Source: a bacterium
GTDB lineage: Bacteria; Zhuqueibacterota; Zhuqueibacteria; Residuimicrobiales; Krinioviventaceae
NCBI GenBank assembly: GCA_963693055.1
Contig: OY843751.1
Coordinates: 480,001-544,000, forward strand
DNA: 64,000 nucleotides
Direction of reading: 5' to 3'
Shown: piece by piece, positions 20,369 through 28,784 of the stretch
How positions within the stretch are numbered: position 1 is the first letter of the stretch
Layout: each line of letters begins with the position of its first letter
The notes under the pieces: generated by a model
The model's input: only the letters and a program-made list of their open reading frames with translations
Databases searched by the model: none
Told to the model about the DNA's origin: nothing
Program-made: the position numbers and the translations under genes

Positions 20369-22312
20369 ATGAGATTCCGAATTACAATTCTACTCCTGCT
20401 GCTGATCACCCTTGCACATGCCAACCCGCGCAAAGTTGAGGTAAAACCGTACAACGGTGCGCCCGCACTGTATGTGGATGGGGAACCGTATCCGCCGTTC
20501 GCGTACATGTCTTATTTTGGCGAGACAGAGTATTACAAACAGGCCGCGGAAGCGGGTATTCATCTCTACTGCTTTCCGGCGTACCTGGGTGACCGGGGTA
20601 TCAATACCAAATCCGGGATTGGTCCTTTTCGTCCGGCGATATGGCAGGCTGCATATACAATGGATTATTCCAGCATTATTACTGATTTTAAAAAGGTGCT
20701 AGAGGCAGATCCCAAGGCTATGGTGATCATTCGCTTACATCTCGATCCACCAGCGTGGTGGGAGACTGCGCATCCCGAGGCGTGCAGGCAGTTACCGGAT
20801 GGCAGTACCTTCCGGCAGTGCTTTGCCTCTGATCAATGGCGAAATGCTACCGGCAAAGTCCTGCGGGAGATTGTTCACTGGCTGTTGGCATCGGATTATT
20901 GGGATAATCTTGTGGGTATTCATCTCGCCGCGGGCGGCACCGAAGAGTGGTTTTATCATATTAACGACTATTATGAGGATGTAAATCCTTCGGTTGCAGT
21001 AATGTTCCGGTTGTGGCTGCGGGAGAAATACGGCAGTCCGGACTCGCTGCAAAAATCCTGGAAAAATGATACAGTTGATTTTAGGTCCGCAATCCCTGCG
21101 GATATCAGTGGTCGGGTGCGCGAGGAGCGTTGGCGCAATCCAGAGACTGAACAGCGCGTGCTGGATACGTTTCGGTTTCACACCCAGACCCTGGTTGACA
21201 ATATCATTTATTTTTGTCAGCTTGTCAAAGAATTCAGCAATGGAGAGCTGCTTACCGGTGCGTTTTACGGCTATCAGTATTTTGTAACAGACGCGCGACG
21301 CGGTCATGGTCCCATGAGCAAATTACTGGACTGTGAGGACCTGGATTTTCTCTCGAGTCCCAATGTCTATGACCGGGTCATGGGAGAAGACTGGCCGCCC
21401 ATGAGCGCGGTACAATCCGTCCAGTTGCACGGCAAACTGTGGCTGGCAGAAAATGATACGCGCACATTCAAAACCGGATTGCTAAAAGATCGTAAACCCG
21501 AGGTCGCTCCGGCAGGACAATATGAGAGCGGTGTGTGGATCGGTCCCGCGGGTGTTGACGAATCCGTTGCGCTGCTTAGAAAAAACAGCACCCGCATGCT
21601 GGCATACAATTACGGCGGATGGTGGTTCGACATGTGGGGCGGCTGGTTCGACAGTCCAGAATTATTGCAGGTATTAAAAGATACGCAAACGCTGTGGCAA
21701 ATGACCGCCGCGGAGCCGGATACCCACCTGCAATCTCAGATTTGTGTGCTGGTGGATGAAGAGTTGGCGTTCTATGATGCCAGTTACGGCAAGCTGGCGG
21801 GAGAGATTTTGGCTAATCGATCTGCATTGGGCAAAACCGGGGCGCCTTATGATCTGTATTTAATATCCGATTGGGACCGCCTGCCGAAATCCCAATATCG
21901 GCTTATTTGGCTGCTGGGTGTTCCGGAGCTTTCAGCGCAGGAAAGGATATCGTTTTCGGAACGGGATGCCATGGTCATCTGGACAAATACAACCACCACT
22001 CGTGTATTGGCACCGGAGCCAGGGCCGGTAATGGAAAGGGTGCGTTTTACTCCGGAGACGCTCAGGCAATGGATAAAGCAAGCCGGGGTGCATAGTTATC
22101 TGTATAGTGAGGATGTGCTGTACGCCGGTAATGGCTGGCTGAGTGTGCATACCATTGCGGGAGGTGAGCGGGAAATTCGGTTGCCGTTTACCGCCAGTGT
22201 TAAGGCCCCCCTGCAAAACAAAGTGATATCAGATAGCTGTGAGCAATTCAGCATTGACCTGCCGGCAAATTCTTCTACCATTCTCAGGGTTAATGCAGTA
22301 GAAAGTAATTAA
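20369..22312 (+). CDS. Exported glycoside hydrolase (clan GH-A, beta-galactosidase-like)
   Basis: Signal peptide; GGTEEWFY and LAENDTRT candidate catalytic Glu; FRLWLREKYG..D.L..SW typical of GH42-like enzymes. Confidence 0.65.
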   Translation: MRFRITILLLLLITLAHANPRKVEVKPYNGAPALYVDGEPYPPFAYMSYFGETEYYKQAAEAGIHLYCFPAYLGDRGINTKSGIGPFRPAIWQAAYTMDYSSIITDFKKVLEADPKAMVIIRLHLDPPAWWETAHPEACRQLPDGSTFRQCFASDQWRNATGKVLREIVHWLLASDYWDNLVGIHLAAGGTEEWFYHINDYYEDVNPSVAVMFRLWLREKYGSPDSLQKSWKNDTVDFRSAIPADISGRVREERWRNPETEQRVLDTFRFHTQTLVDNIIYFCQLVKEFSNGELLTGAFYGYQYFVTDARRGHGPMSKLLDCEDLDFLSSPNVYDRVMGEDWPPMSAVQSVQLHGKLWLAENDTRTFKTGLLKDRKPEVAPAGQYESGVWIGPAGVDESVALLRKNSTRMLAYNYGGWWFDMWGGWFDSPELLQVLKDTQTLWQMTAAEPDTHLQSQICVLVDEELAFYDASYGKLAGEILANRSALGKTGAPYDLYLISDWDRLPKSQYRLIWLLGVPELSAQERISFSERDAMVIWTNTTTTRVLAPEPGPVMERVRFTPETLRQWIKQAGVHSYLYSEDVLYAGNGWLSVHTIAGGEREIRLPFTASVKAPLQNKVISDSCEQFSIDLPANSSTILRVNAVESN

Positions 22313-22397
22313 CCAATTTTTTTCGTGTGTTTCGTGGGCAATTGCAATTCAGCAGTACCAATTCATCCACAAACTTTTGACACCAGAGCAATTTTTA

Positions 22398-23117
22398 TTA
22401 ATACCCAATCCATAACAGATTGCGAAAACGCTGCAAGATGATCTTGCCGATAGGGGTTTCCGCACAACTGTTTTTCAATATTTCGGGATCCTGACCCTCT
22501 TTTGAAAGGTAACGTCTAACCAGATCAATATAGGCGTGCGTAATTTCCACATCAAACTCGGGATGGAATTGTAAGCCCCACATGTGATTGTTGTACCTGA
22601 AAGCCTGATTCGGGTCCATATCGCTATTGGCAAGATGTACCGCTCCGTCAGCAAGCTTTAACGCGCACTGGGTATGGGTCATTTGTCCCAATATGGATTC
22701 ACCCAATCCGCCCAACAGGGGGTCGGTCTGCGCTTCTTCATTCAGGCTAACGCTAAAAGTGCCAAACTCTCGTCCGTTGGGGTTGTCACCGGATTTTCCT
22801 CCCAGTGCCATGTTTAGTAGCTGGTGTCCCCAGCAGATACCCAGCACCGGCAGCATCAGATTTGCCGATGCCCTTAACCAGATAGCGGCTTCGTGCAACC
22901 AGGGATAATCATCGGTAACCATGTAATGAGATCCGCAGATCACCACTCCTGATACATTGCTATGGTCAGGCAGTTTTTGGCCCTGACTGATATCAATGAC
23001 TTTGGCGCTGTCATGAGGGAGTTCCATTGCCGAGAGGATATGCTCTTCAAAATCCCCCCGGTTTGCCACAATTTTAGCTATGGTGCTGCCTGCTTTGATG
23101 ATCAATAGAGGTTTCAT
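22398..23117 (-). CDS. Class I glutamine amidotransferase (GMP-synthase-like)
   Basis: LGICWGHQ nucleophile motif, GLQFHPE. Confidence 0.9.
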   Translation of the reverse strand: MKPLLIIKAGSTIAKIVANRGDFEEHILSAMELPHDSAKVIDISQGQKLPDHSNVSGVVICGSHYMVTDDYPWLHEAAIWLRASANLMLPVLGICWGHQLLNMALGGKSGDNPNGREFGTFSVSLNEEAQTDPLLGGLGESILGQMTHTQCALKLADGAVHLANSDMDPNQAFRYNNHMWGLQFHPEFDVEITHAYIDLVRRYLSKEGQDPEILKNSCAETPIGKIILQRFRNLLWIGY

Positions 23118-23145
23118 GAGATAAATCCGGTTTTGTACTACTGGC

Positions 23146-23622
23146 CTATTTTGTTAAAAATGTGATTCTGGTGAATCCTGAATCTTTAATAACAGATAAA
23201 AGTGCATTGACATGAACCATACCAAGCTGACTGTCTATGGATAAATATACACGTTCCGTTTTTTCGGTATAGGGGGCCAAATGTTCTCCTAGTGATTCGT
23301 ATGTTTCAAATCTCGAGTTTAAAACAATATTTCCACTCCTGTCGTAAAATATATGCGGACAAGTCTTGGGTATTTTATAAGCTCTGGCCGTTTTCGCTTT
23401 TGGTAGATTAACATATATCGGTTCCCTGGGAACCAAAACAAGATACGAATGGCCTAAAACAAGAACAAACGATAAAAATACAAGCACCTGCATATTGTGC
23501 TGCATTCTGTAAATGTATTTTAGAGAACGTTTACGAGCATGCCATTTTTCCAGAATAGAGCGACTGGCAAAATATTCCTGTACATTATAAAGCTGTCGTG
23601 GTTTTATTTGATGAAACAGCAT
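23146..23622 (-). CDS. ExbD/TolR-like protein, paralog 1
   Basis: One TM segment, VNLPKA, VYLSIDSQL....V..LL..IK.SG..RI.F.T. Confidence 0.65.
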   Translation of the reverse strand: MLFHQIKPRQLYNVQEYFASRSILEKWHARKRSLKYIYRMQHNMQVLVFLSFVLVLGHSYLVLVPREPIYVNLPKAKTARAYKIPKTCPHIFYDRSGNIVLNSRFETYESLGEHLAPYTEKTERVYLSIDSQLGMVHVNALLSVIKDSGFTRITFLTK

Positions 23623-23645
23623 AACCCTGCCCTCATATTCCTTTT

Positions 23646-24155
23646 TTATCTGGCTGTTGAACTGTTCGGATTGGTTATATAAACAATATCATTAAATCCT
23701 GTCTGGTTCAGAATGGCAATCACCTGATAGACCTGCTCCATCCTTACATTGCGATCAATGGTTAAAAACGCCCGGTCGCTTTTACCGGCATACTCTTGCA
23801 AGCCGTCTCCAAGTGTGTCAAATGTATGAAAACTGGCGTCAAGCGTCATGTTGCCAGCCCGATCCATCCAGATTTTGGGATTATTGTCAGTTATTGTATG
23901 CCATTGCGCGCTTGATGCTTTTGGCAGGATACACATGAGGCCTGGTGTCTCTGCTGTGGGTTGTATACCGAAAAAGGCAATACTGCCCAACCGACAGGCA
24001 AATGATAAAAAGAAAAAGATCCAGAGATTGTGCCTGATCCGGTTCAGATAGCGATATTTCTTTTTACGAACAGCCCACCTTTCGATGAATGAATCTACCG
24101 AGCCATAATCTCTGATATTATACGGCTGTCCCGGTTTGGGTTGATGTACCAGCAT
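23646..24155 (-). CDS. ExbD/TolR-like protein, paralog 2
   Basis: One TM segment, LPKAS, AFLTIDRNV.M.QV..VI..L..TG...I.Y.T. Confidence 0.65.
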   Translation of the reverse strand: MLVHQPKPGQPYNIRDYGSVDSFIERWAVRKKKYRYLNRIRHNLWIFFFLSFACRLGSIAFFGIQPTAETPGLMCILPKASSAQWHTITDNNPKIWMDRAGNMTLDASFHTFDTLGDGLQEYAGKSDRAFLTIDRNVRMEQVYQVIAILNQTGFNDIVYITNPNSSTAR

Positions 24156-24182
24156 GCGTTTCCCCTCCAGTGTGAATTTAGA

Positions 24183-24701
24183 TCATGCGTTTCGAATCCA
24201 TTTTAATGCAGCGGCATCTCCCAACCCTATTCCAAACCCAAGTATGGCACCCAACGGTACATTGACCAGAATCCCTTTCCAGGTAAATAAATCCATATAG
24301 AAAAGATGATGCACCAGGCTGGAGATGAAAAATAATAGCGATGCAAGAACAGTCAATGTCAATATGCTCAATATCGTGTTTTGGATGGTGATTTTATTAT
24401 AAATAATAATAGAAATGAAAAGGGCAATGAAATATCCCCATAATACAAAATAGGCAACAGGATTGTGCATTTGTGTCAGTAATCCCAGTGTGATCAGAAT
24501 AAATAGATTCAAATAGGTTGCATTGCGTAACTGGTTTTGTTTGATCAAAGCCAGCGAAGCCGAACCGGAAAATCCCAGCAGCAACAAATAAAATAAAGGA
24601 TGCTGAGGATTGTTGAATCCTGTCCCTAAAATCAGGATAGCAAACAATCCGCAAAAAACTGTTCCCAGCAACGTAGATATAATTATAGCTTTGTATTTCA
24701 C
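24183..24701 (-). CDS. Hypothetical membrane protein
   Basis: About 6 hydrophobic segments; GTG start. Confidence 0.65.
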   Translation of the reverse strand: MKYKAIIISTLLGTVFCGLFAILILGTGFNNPQHPLFYLLLLGFSGSASLALIKQNQLRNATYLNLFILITLGLLTQMHNPVAYFVLWGYFIALFISIIIYNKITIQNTILSILTLTVLASLLFFISSLVHHLFYMDLFTWKGILVNVPLGAILGFGIGLGDAAALKWIRNA

Positions 24702-24924
24702 AAGCCCCCACTATTTTTTAATTATCAGGGTTAATTTAGATACACCATAGCATAGGATTTATTTAAAAATATAATCAAAAATATGAGTGATTTAAAGAAC
24801 TTTTCGATATGTAAAGCATTATAACAGTAACACCAAGTTGATTTGTATTGTATTAATTGCTATTTTGAAAGATATATTGTAGTATTTTAGGGATTTTGAT
24901 TGGATAATAAAAAATACTGCAAAA

Positions 24925-25524
24925 TTGGGAATAATACCGGATTCCGGTTGTCTAAATGTTAAAGGGCGAGTTATAGAAAAGACTGACGCACAATTATTGC
25001 GTGAGGCGCGCGAGGAAAGTGGTGATTCTTTTAACGAGCTGGTTAGGAGGTACGAGTCCCGTGTAGCTGCGACCGTAGTGGGAATGTTGGGACGATGCCC
25101 TGAAGCAGATGACGTAGGCCAGGAAACGTTTATCCGGTTCTACAAAGCCATGCATGATTTTCGTGGCGATGCGGAATTGGGAACGTATTTGACACGGATC
25201 GCCATTAATTTGTCATTGAATGAATTGAAAAGGAGAAAACGCCGGTTTCAGGTGTTTCCCAAATCTACAGATTCAGTGCATGACATGACAGATGACAGCA
25301 TAAATCCTGATGCAGGTGACACCAAAACAGTGATCAACAAGGCTTTACAAAAGCTGGAACCGGATTTTAGATCAGTTATTGTACTGCGGCTTGTACAGGG
25401 ATATTCCACAAAAGAGTCAGCAGCAATGCTGAATATTCCCGAGGGAACCGTACTGTCACGGTTGGCCCGTGCGCAATTAAAGTTAAAAAAAATACTCGAA
25501 CCCTTAATGGGAGAGCAAGAATGA
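24925..25524 (+). CDS. ECF RNA polymerase sigma factor (true start possibly ATA at 24973)
   Basis: Region 2 ADDVGQETFIR..K....FRGDA.L.TYL.RIA.N; region 4 GYST.E.A.ML.IPEGTV.SRL.RA. Confidence 0.92.
   Translation: MGIIPDSGCLNVKGRVIEKTDAQLLREAREESGDSFNELVRRYESRVAATVVGMLGRCPEADDVGQETFIRFYKAMHDFRGDAELGTYLTRIAINLSLNELKRRKRRFQVFPKSTDSVHDMTDDSINPDAGDTKTVINKALQKLEPDFRSVIVLRLVQGYSTKESAAMLNIPEGTVLSRLARAQLKLKKILEPLMGEQE
24927..24954 (+). promoter_or_regulatory. Candidate autoregulatory ECF promoter
   Basis: gggaataataccggattccggttgtcta, with a near-copy at 26629-26657. Confidence 0.55.
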
Positions 25525-25958
25525 AGAAAATGCAGGAACTGTTAATACGATCTTTTGATCAGATCCTGTCAGTGAAGGAACAGCAGGAACTGGACCAGGC
25601 CCTGGAACAGTCAGAAGAGCTTCGCCAGGAAAAAGAACAGCTTGAAAGCATGCGAAATCTTTTATCAGCAGGGGCAGAAGAGTCTTTTCGGCCCATGTTT
25701 GCTGAACGGGTCATGAACCGGATAACAACCAAAAGTGCGCGGCAACCCACCAGTGAAATGGAGTTTTTTGATTCTCTTTTGCATATTTTTCGCAAAGTTG
25801 CCATTGCCGGTGCTATAGCAATTGTGGTGCTTGCTTCGGCTCAGTTGATTGTAAATAATCCATCTACAACAACAACTGCAACGAAGAATGTATCTGAAAT
25901 GTCATTGGATGATGTGCTGGTTTCCGCATTTATTTCCTCAATGGAGGATATACTATGA
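25521..25958 (+). CDS. Putative anti-sigma factor
   Basis: ATGA overlap with the sigma gene; soluble N-terminus plus a single TM segment. Confidence 0.75.
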   Translation: MKKMQELLIRSFDQILSVKEQQELDQALEQSEELRQEKEQLESMRNLLSAGAEESFRPMFAERVMNRITTKSARQPTSEMEFFDSLLHIFRKVAIAGAIAIVVLASAQLIVNNPSTTTTATKNVSEMSLDDVLVSAFISSMEDIL

Positions 25959-26473
25959 CCGTACAGACCAAATCTTCATTAATACTGTTAGTGACACTGC
26001 TTTTGGGGATAATGATTGGCGCCCTGGGAATGAACTTTTATAAAAATCAGAGGATGGTGCAATTCAAAGATTTCAGAGAGCGTGAAATGTTTATGGGACT
26101 GCATGAGCGTATTATTCAGCCCCATTCCGAAGCACAACGCGATTCTATTATGCAGGTGCTGGATAAATATTTACCCCGTTTTAAAGAATTGCATGAAAAA
26201 AATAAAGACGAGATAGCAGTTATTATAGATTCGTTGCAAAATGATCTAAAACCAATTTTATCTGAGGAACAATGGCAGCGATTGATTGAGCGGCGTGAAC
26301 GTATGGACCGTTGGGGCGGTCCGGACAAGTTTGGTCCTCCCCCCGGCGACAGACCTTTTCCCGGTCCACATGAGGGAAAAGACTGGAAAGATCGCAGACC
26401 TCCGGGGCCTAATGATATGCCCCCGCATGGAGGTGATGGCATGCGTCCGCAGCCCCCTCAAGCTCCTCAATAA
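25955..26473 (+). CDS. Periplasmic Spy/CpxP-like helical protein with Pro/Gly-rich tail
   Basis: N-terminal anchor, SEAQ and ILSEEQW (LTxEQ-like) motifs; ATGA overlap. Confidence 0.65.
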   Translation: MTVQTKSSLILLVTLLLGIMIGALGMNFYKNQRMVQFKDFREREMFMGLHERIIQPHSEAQRDSIMQVLDKYLPRFKELHEKNKDEIAVIIDSLQNDLKPILSEEQWQRLIERRERMDRWGGPDKFGPPPGDRPFPGPHEGKDWKDRRPPGPNDMPPHGGDGMRPQPPQAPQ

Positions 26474-26489
26474 GCGTATATACAAATTT

Positions 26490-26527
26490 AAAAAGGTGGT
26501 TCGATAATTCGGAACACCTTTTTTTTA
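26490..26527 (+). terminator. Intrinsic terminator
   Basis: aaaaaggtg...cacctttttttt. Confidence 0.65.
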
Positions 26528-26628
26528 TTAAAAAAAATAGTTCCGTTTTTCTTCGTTATGGCCCTAACCTCTTGTATATCTTGATAAATAGGTATATTGA
26601 ATTAATTGCAATGCATGTAACCTCTTTT

Positions 26629-26657
26629 GGGAATGTTACCGGATTTGGGATTGTCTA
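26629..26657 (+). promoter_or_regulatory. Candidate ECF promoter for the T9SS cargo gene
   Basis: gggaatgttaccggatttgggattgtcta, a near-copy of 24927-24954. Confidence 0.55.
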
Positions 26658-26714
26658 ATTTTCGTAACAGGTAATAAAGGAGAATAATCAAATCATTTAC
26701 CAAAGGAGAAAATC

Positions 26715-27851
26715 ATGAAGAAAAGAGCTTTTATCAACACGGCGGTTACGATAATATTTTTGTTCGGGCTTTTATTTTTTGGGGAAGAAATTCTATTGGC
26801 TCAACCCGGTAATGGAATGGGGCATCACGATGATAAAGGAATGCACGCATCATTTTTTGAATTGCTCACAAAAGATCAGTTAGCGGAAATACAATCACTT
26901 GTTGAAACCCTGCGAGAAGCGGGCAGTGACCGTGAGGCGGTTCGTAAAGCTGTGGACGCCAAATTGGACGAGTGGGGTGTTGAGCGCCCGGAACCCCCTA
27001 AAGGTGGTGGACATGGTATGCATGGTGGTCCTTTTGCGGATCTGACAGAAGAACAGCGTGCCGAACTGGAGACGCTCGTTAAAACCCTGCGCGAGGCGGG
27101 CAGTGACCGTGAGGTGGTTCGTAAAGCTGTGGACGCCAAGCTGGACGAGTGGGGTATTGAACGCCTGGAACCTCCGGAAGGGGGAAGATATGGCGGTCCC
27201 GGTAAACACGGAATGCCTTTTAAAGATTTGTTGACCGATGAACAGCAAACAGAGCTGGAGACCATGATCAGTAGCATGAGAGATGCCGGCAGTAGTCGTG
27301 ACGAGGTTCACGAGGCAGTAGAGTCTAAACTGGAAGAGTGGGGTATAGAGATCCCTGAGAAACCAGATCAGAACATTCATGAAGCTATGAAGGGCTTGAC
27401 AGCGGATCAACGCAAACAGGTACACGAGCTGGTCAAAGACATGCATGAGCAGGGAGCTGAACGTAAAGTAATTCAGGACGCAGTCAAGAGTATGTTGGAA
27501 TCGTTTGGGATAGAAATGGGTGACAGTTCCGAATCCGGTGATTCGAAAGTCGAAACTCAAAACAATTATGGAAGTACAATCCTGGCTGCAAGCAATTTCC
27601 CCAATCCTTTTAATCCTGAAACCCGGATCAGTTTTGAGCTGGGTAAAGCCGCTAGAGTAAGAGTGTCTGTTTATAATGTTAAAGGCCAGCTGGTAAATAC
27701 CTTGATGGATGAGTATCGTAATGAAGGGACCTGTCAGGTACAATGGAACGGAACGCTGGGAAATGGGGATACCGCGCCTTCGGGTATGTATTTTTTTAAA
27801 ATAAATGCCGATGATGAAACATTAACTGAAAGCATGTTATTAATGAAATAA
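26715..27851 (+). CDS. T9SS type A sorting-domain (FlgD-Ig) protein with four helical repeats
   Basis: Signal peptide; repeats LT.[DE]Q..E...LV..LRE.G..RE.V...V..KL.EWG; C-terminal NFPNPFNPET.I.F...YNVKGQ.V.TL...WNG...SG.YF...MLLMK. Confidence 0.88.
   Translation: MKKRAFINTAVTIIFLFGLLFFGEEILLAQPGNGMGHHDDKGMHASFFELLTKDQLAEIQSLVETLREAGSDREAVRKAVDAKLDEWGVERPEPPKGGGHGMHGGPFADLTEEQRAELETLVKTLREAGSDREVVRKAVDAKLDEWGIERLEPPEGGRYGGPGKHGMPFKDLLTDEQQTELETMISSMRDAGSSRDEVHEAVESKLEEWGIEIPEKPDQNIHEAMKGLTADQRKQVHELVKDMHEQGAERKVIQDAVKSMLESFGIEMGDSSESGDSKVETQNNYGSTILAASNFPNPFNPETRISFELGKAARVRVSVYNVKGQLVNTLMDEYRNEGTCQVQWNGTLGNGDTAPSGMYFFKINADDETLTESMLLMK
26901..27172 (+). repeat. Intragenic near-identical 95-bp direct repeats
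   Basis: 26901-26995 vs 27078-27172, offset 177 bp (59 codons). Confidence 0.85.
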
Positions 27852-27956
27852 GGAAAATTTTCCGGTAGGTTTTGGAAAAAAGGCGGTTATTTCATATAGT
27901 ATTTACTAGAAGTAACCGGAAGTCAAACAAAGATTTTAAAACTTACCGGAGGACAA

Positions 27957-28784
27957 ATGTACAATACTCGTAGTAGTTTGTATGACAGGATATTAGAAAA
28001 AACACCCGAGCAAGTATTCATCAATTCTTTACGAAAAGAATTTGAATTATCACCGGCAGAAAGTAAAGGGATATTGGATTTAGCCAAGCAGTGTTTATTT
28101 GGCGAGGTTCCCCAGACAGTTGGTAAAATAAAATATATCTGCGCATCCACCAAGGCAAAACATGGCAAGCCCCTGGGTGAGCAGGAATTGAAAGAAGTAG
28201 AGTTAACACTGGATGCCGGTGTAGAAGATTTAAATGTATTAAAAGAAAGCGGTCCCAAGGCACTGCGCCAGTTAAAGGTCTTACGATTGACCGAAGAAGC
28301 CTGGGATCAGGAAGGTTCTTTGACACAAGAGGATTTGGCCCGGATCCTCCAGGTTACGAGCCGCACTGTACGCCAGGATATAAAGTCTTTGCAGACTGAT
28401 GGCAACTTTATTCACACGCGCGGAACAGACCATGACATCGGTCGGAGCTTGTCACACAAAAGCCACATTATTGAACTGTATTTGCAGGGAGACACATACG
28501 ATGCAATTATTCGTAAAAGTCGTCATAGCGCGTTTTCAATAAAACGATATGTGTGCAGCTTTGGCAGGCTGTTGTTATTACTGAATCATGGTATGCAGGA
28601 TATCAAAGAGATCAGTCGGTTATTAGGCCAAAGTGAGCGTTTGACCCGTGAGTACCTGGATATTTTTGAGCATCATAAACAGGGTGACAAATGGCCGCCG
28701 ATCTATGTAGAGTTATTGGAGCAATTAAAGGTGTTATACCCCTCGAAAAAAAAACAAACCAAGGAGGGGATCGATGAAGACTAA
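27957..28784 (+). CDS. DUF1670-like protein, subtype A (element 1)
   Basis: A.DQ.G.LTQEDLA.IL..T.RTV..DI, TRG..HDIG...SHK..II.LY..G, HS..SI.RY; RBS ggagga. Confidence 0.8.
   Translation: MYNTRSSLYDRILEKTPEQVFINSLRKEFELSPAESKGILDLAKQCLFGEVPQTVGKIKYICASTKAKHGKPLGEQELKEVELTLDAGVEDLNVLKESGPKALRQLKVLRLTEEAWDQEGSLTQEDLARILQVTSRTVRQDIKSLQTDGNFIHTRGTDHDIGRSLSHKSHIIELYLQGDTYDAIIRKSRHSAFSIKRYVCSFGRLLLLLNHGMQDIKEISRLLGQSERLTREYLDIFEHHKQGDKWPPIYVELLEQLKVLYPSKKKQTKEGIDED

Noticed and set aside
24936-26643. TACCGGA in both ECF promoters matches the IR core of element 1
   Set aside because: A 7-bp match with no positional logic; ACCGG is frequent in this genome.
26876-27743. Long antisense ORFs (also 4006-4758, 2506-3123, 9107-9673, 46445-46960)
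   Set aside because: Shadows of well-supported genes on the opposite strand, with no motifs or RBS.
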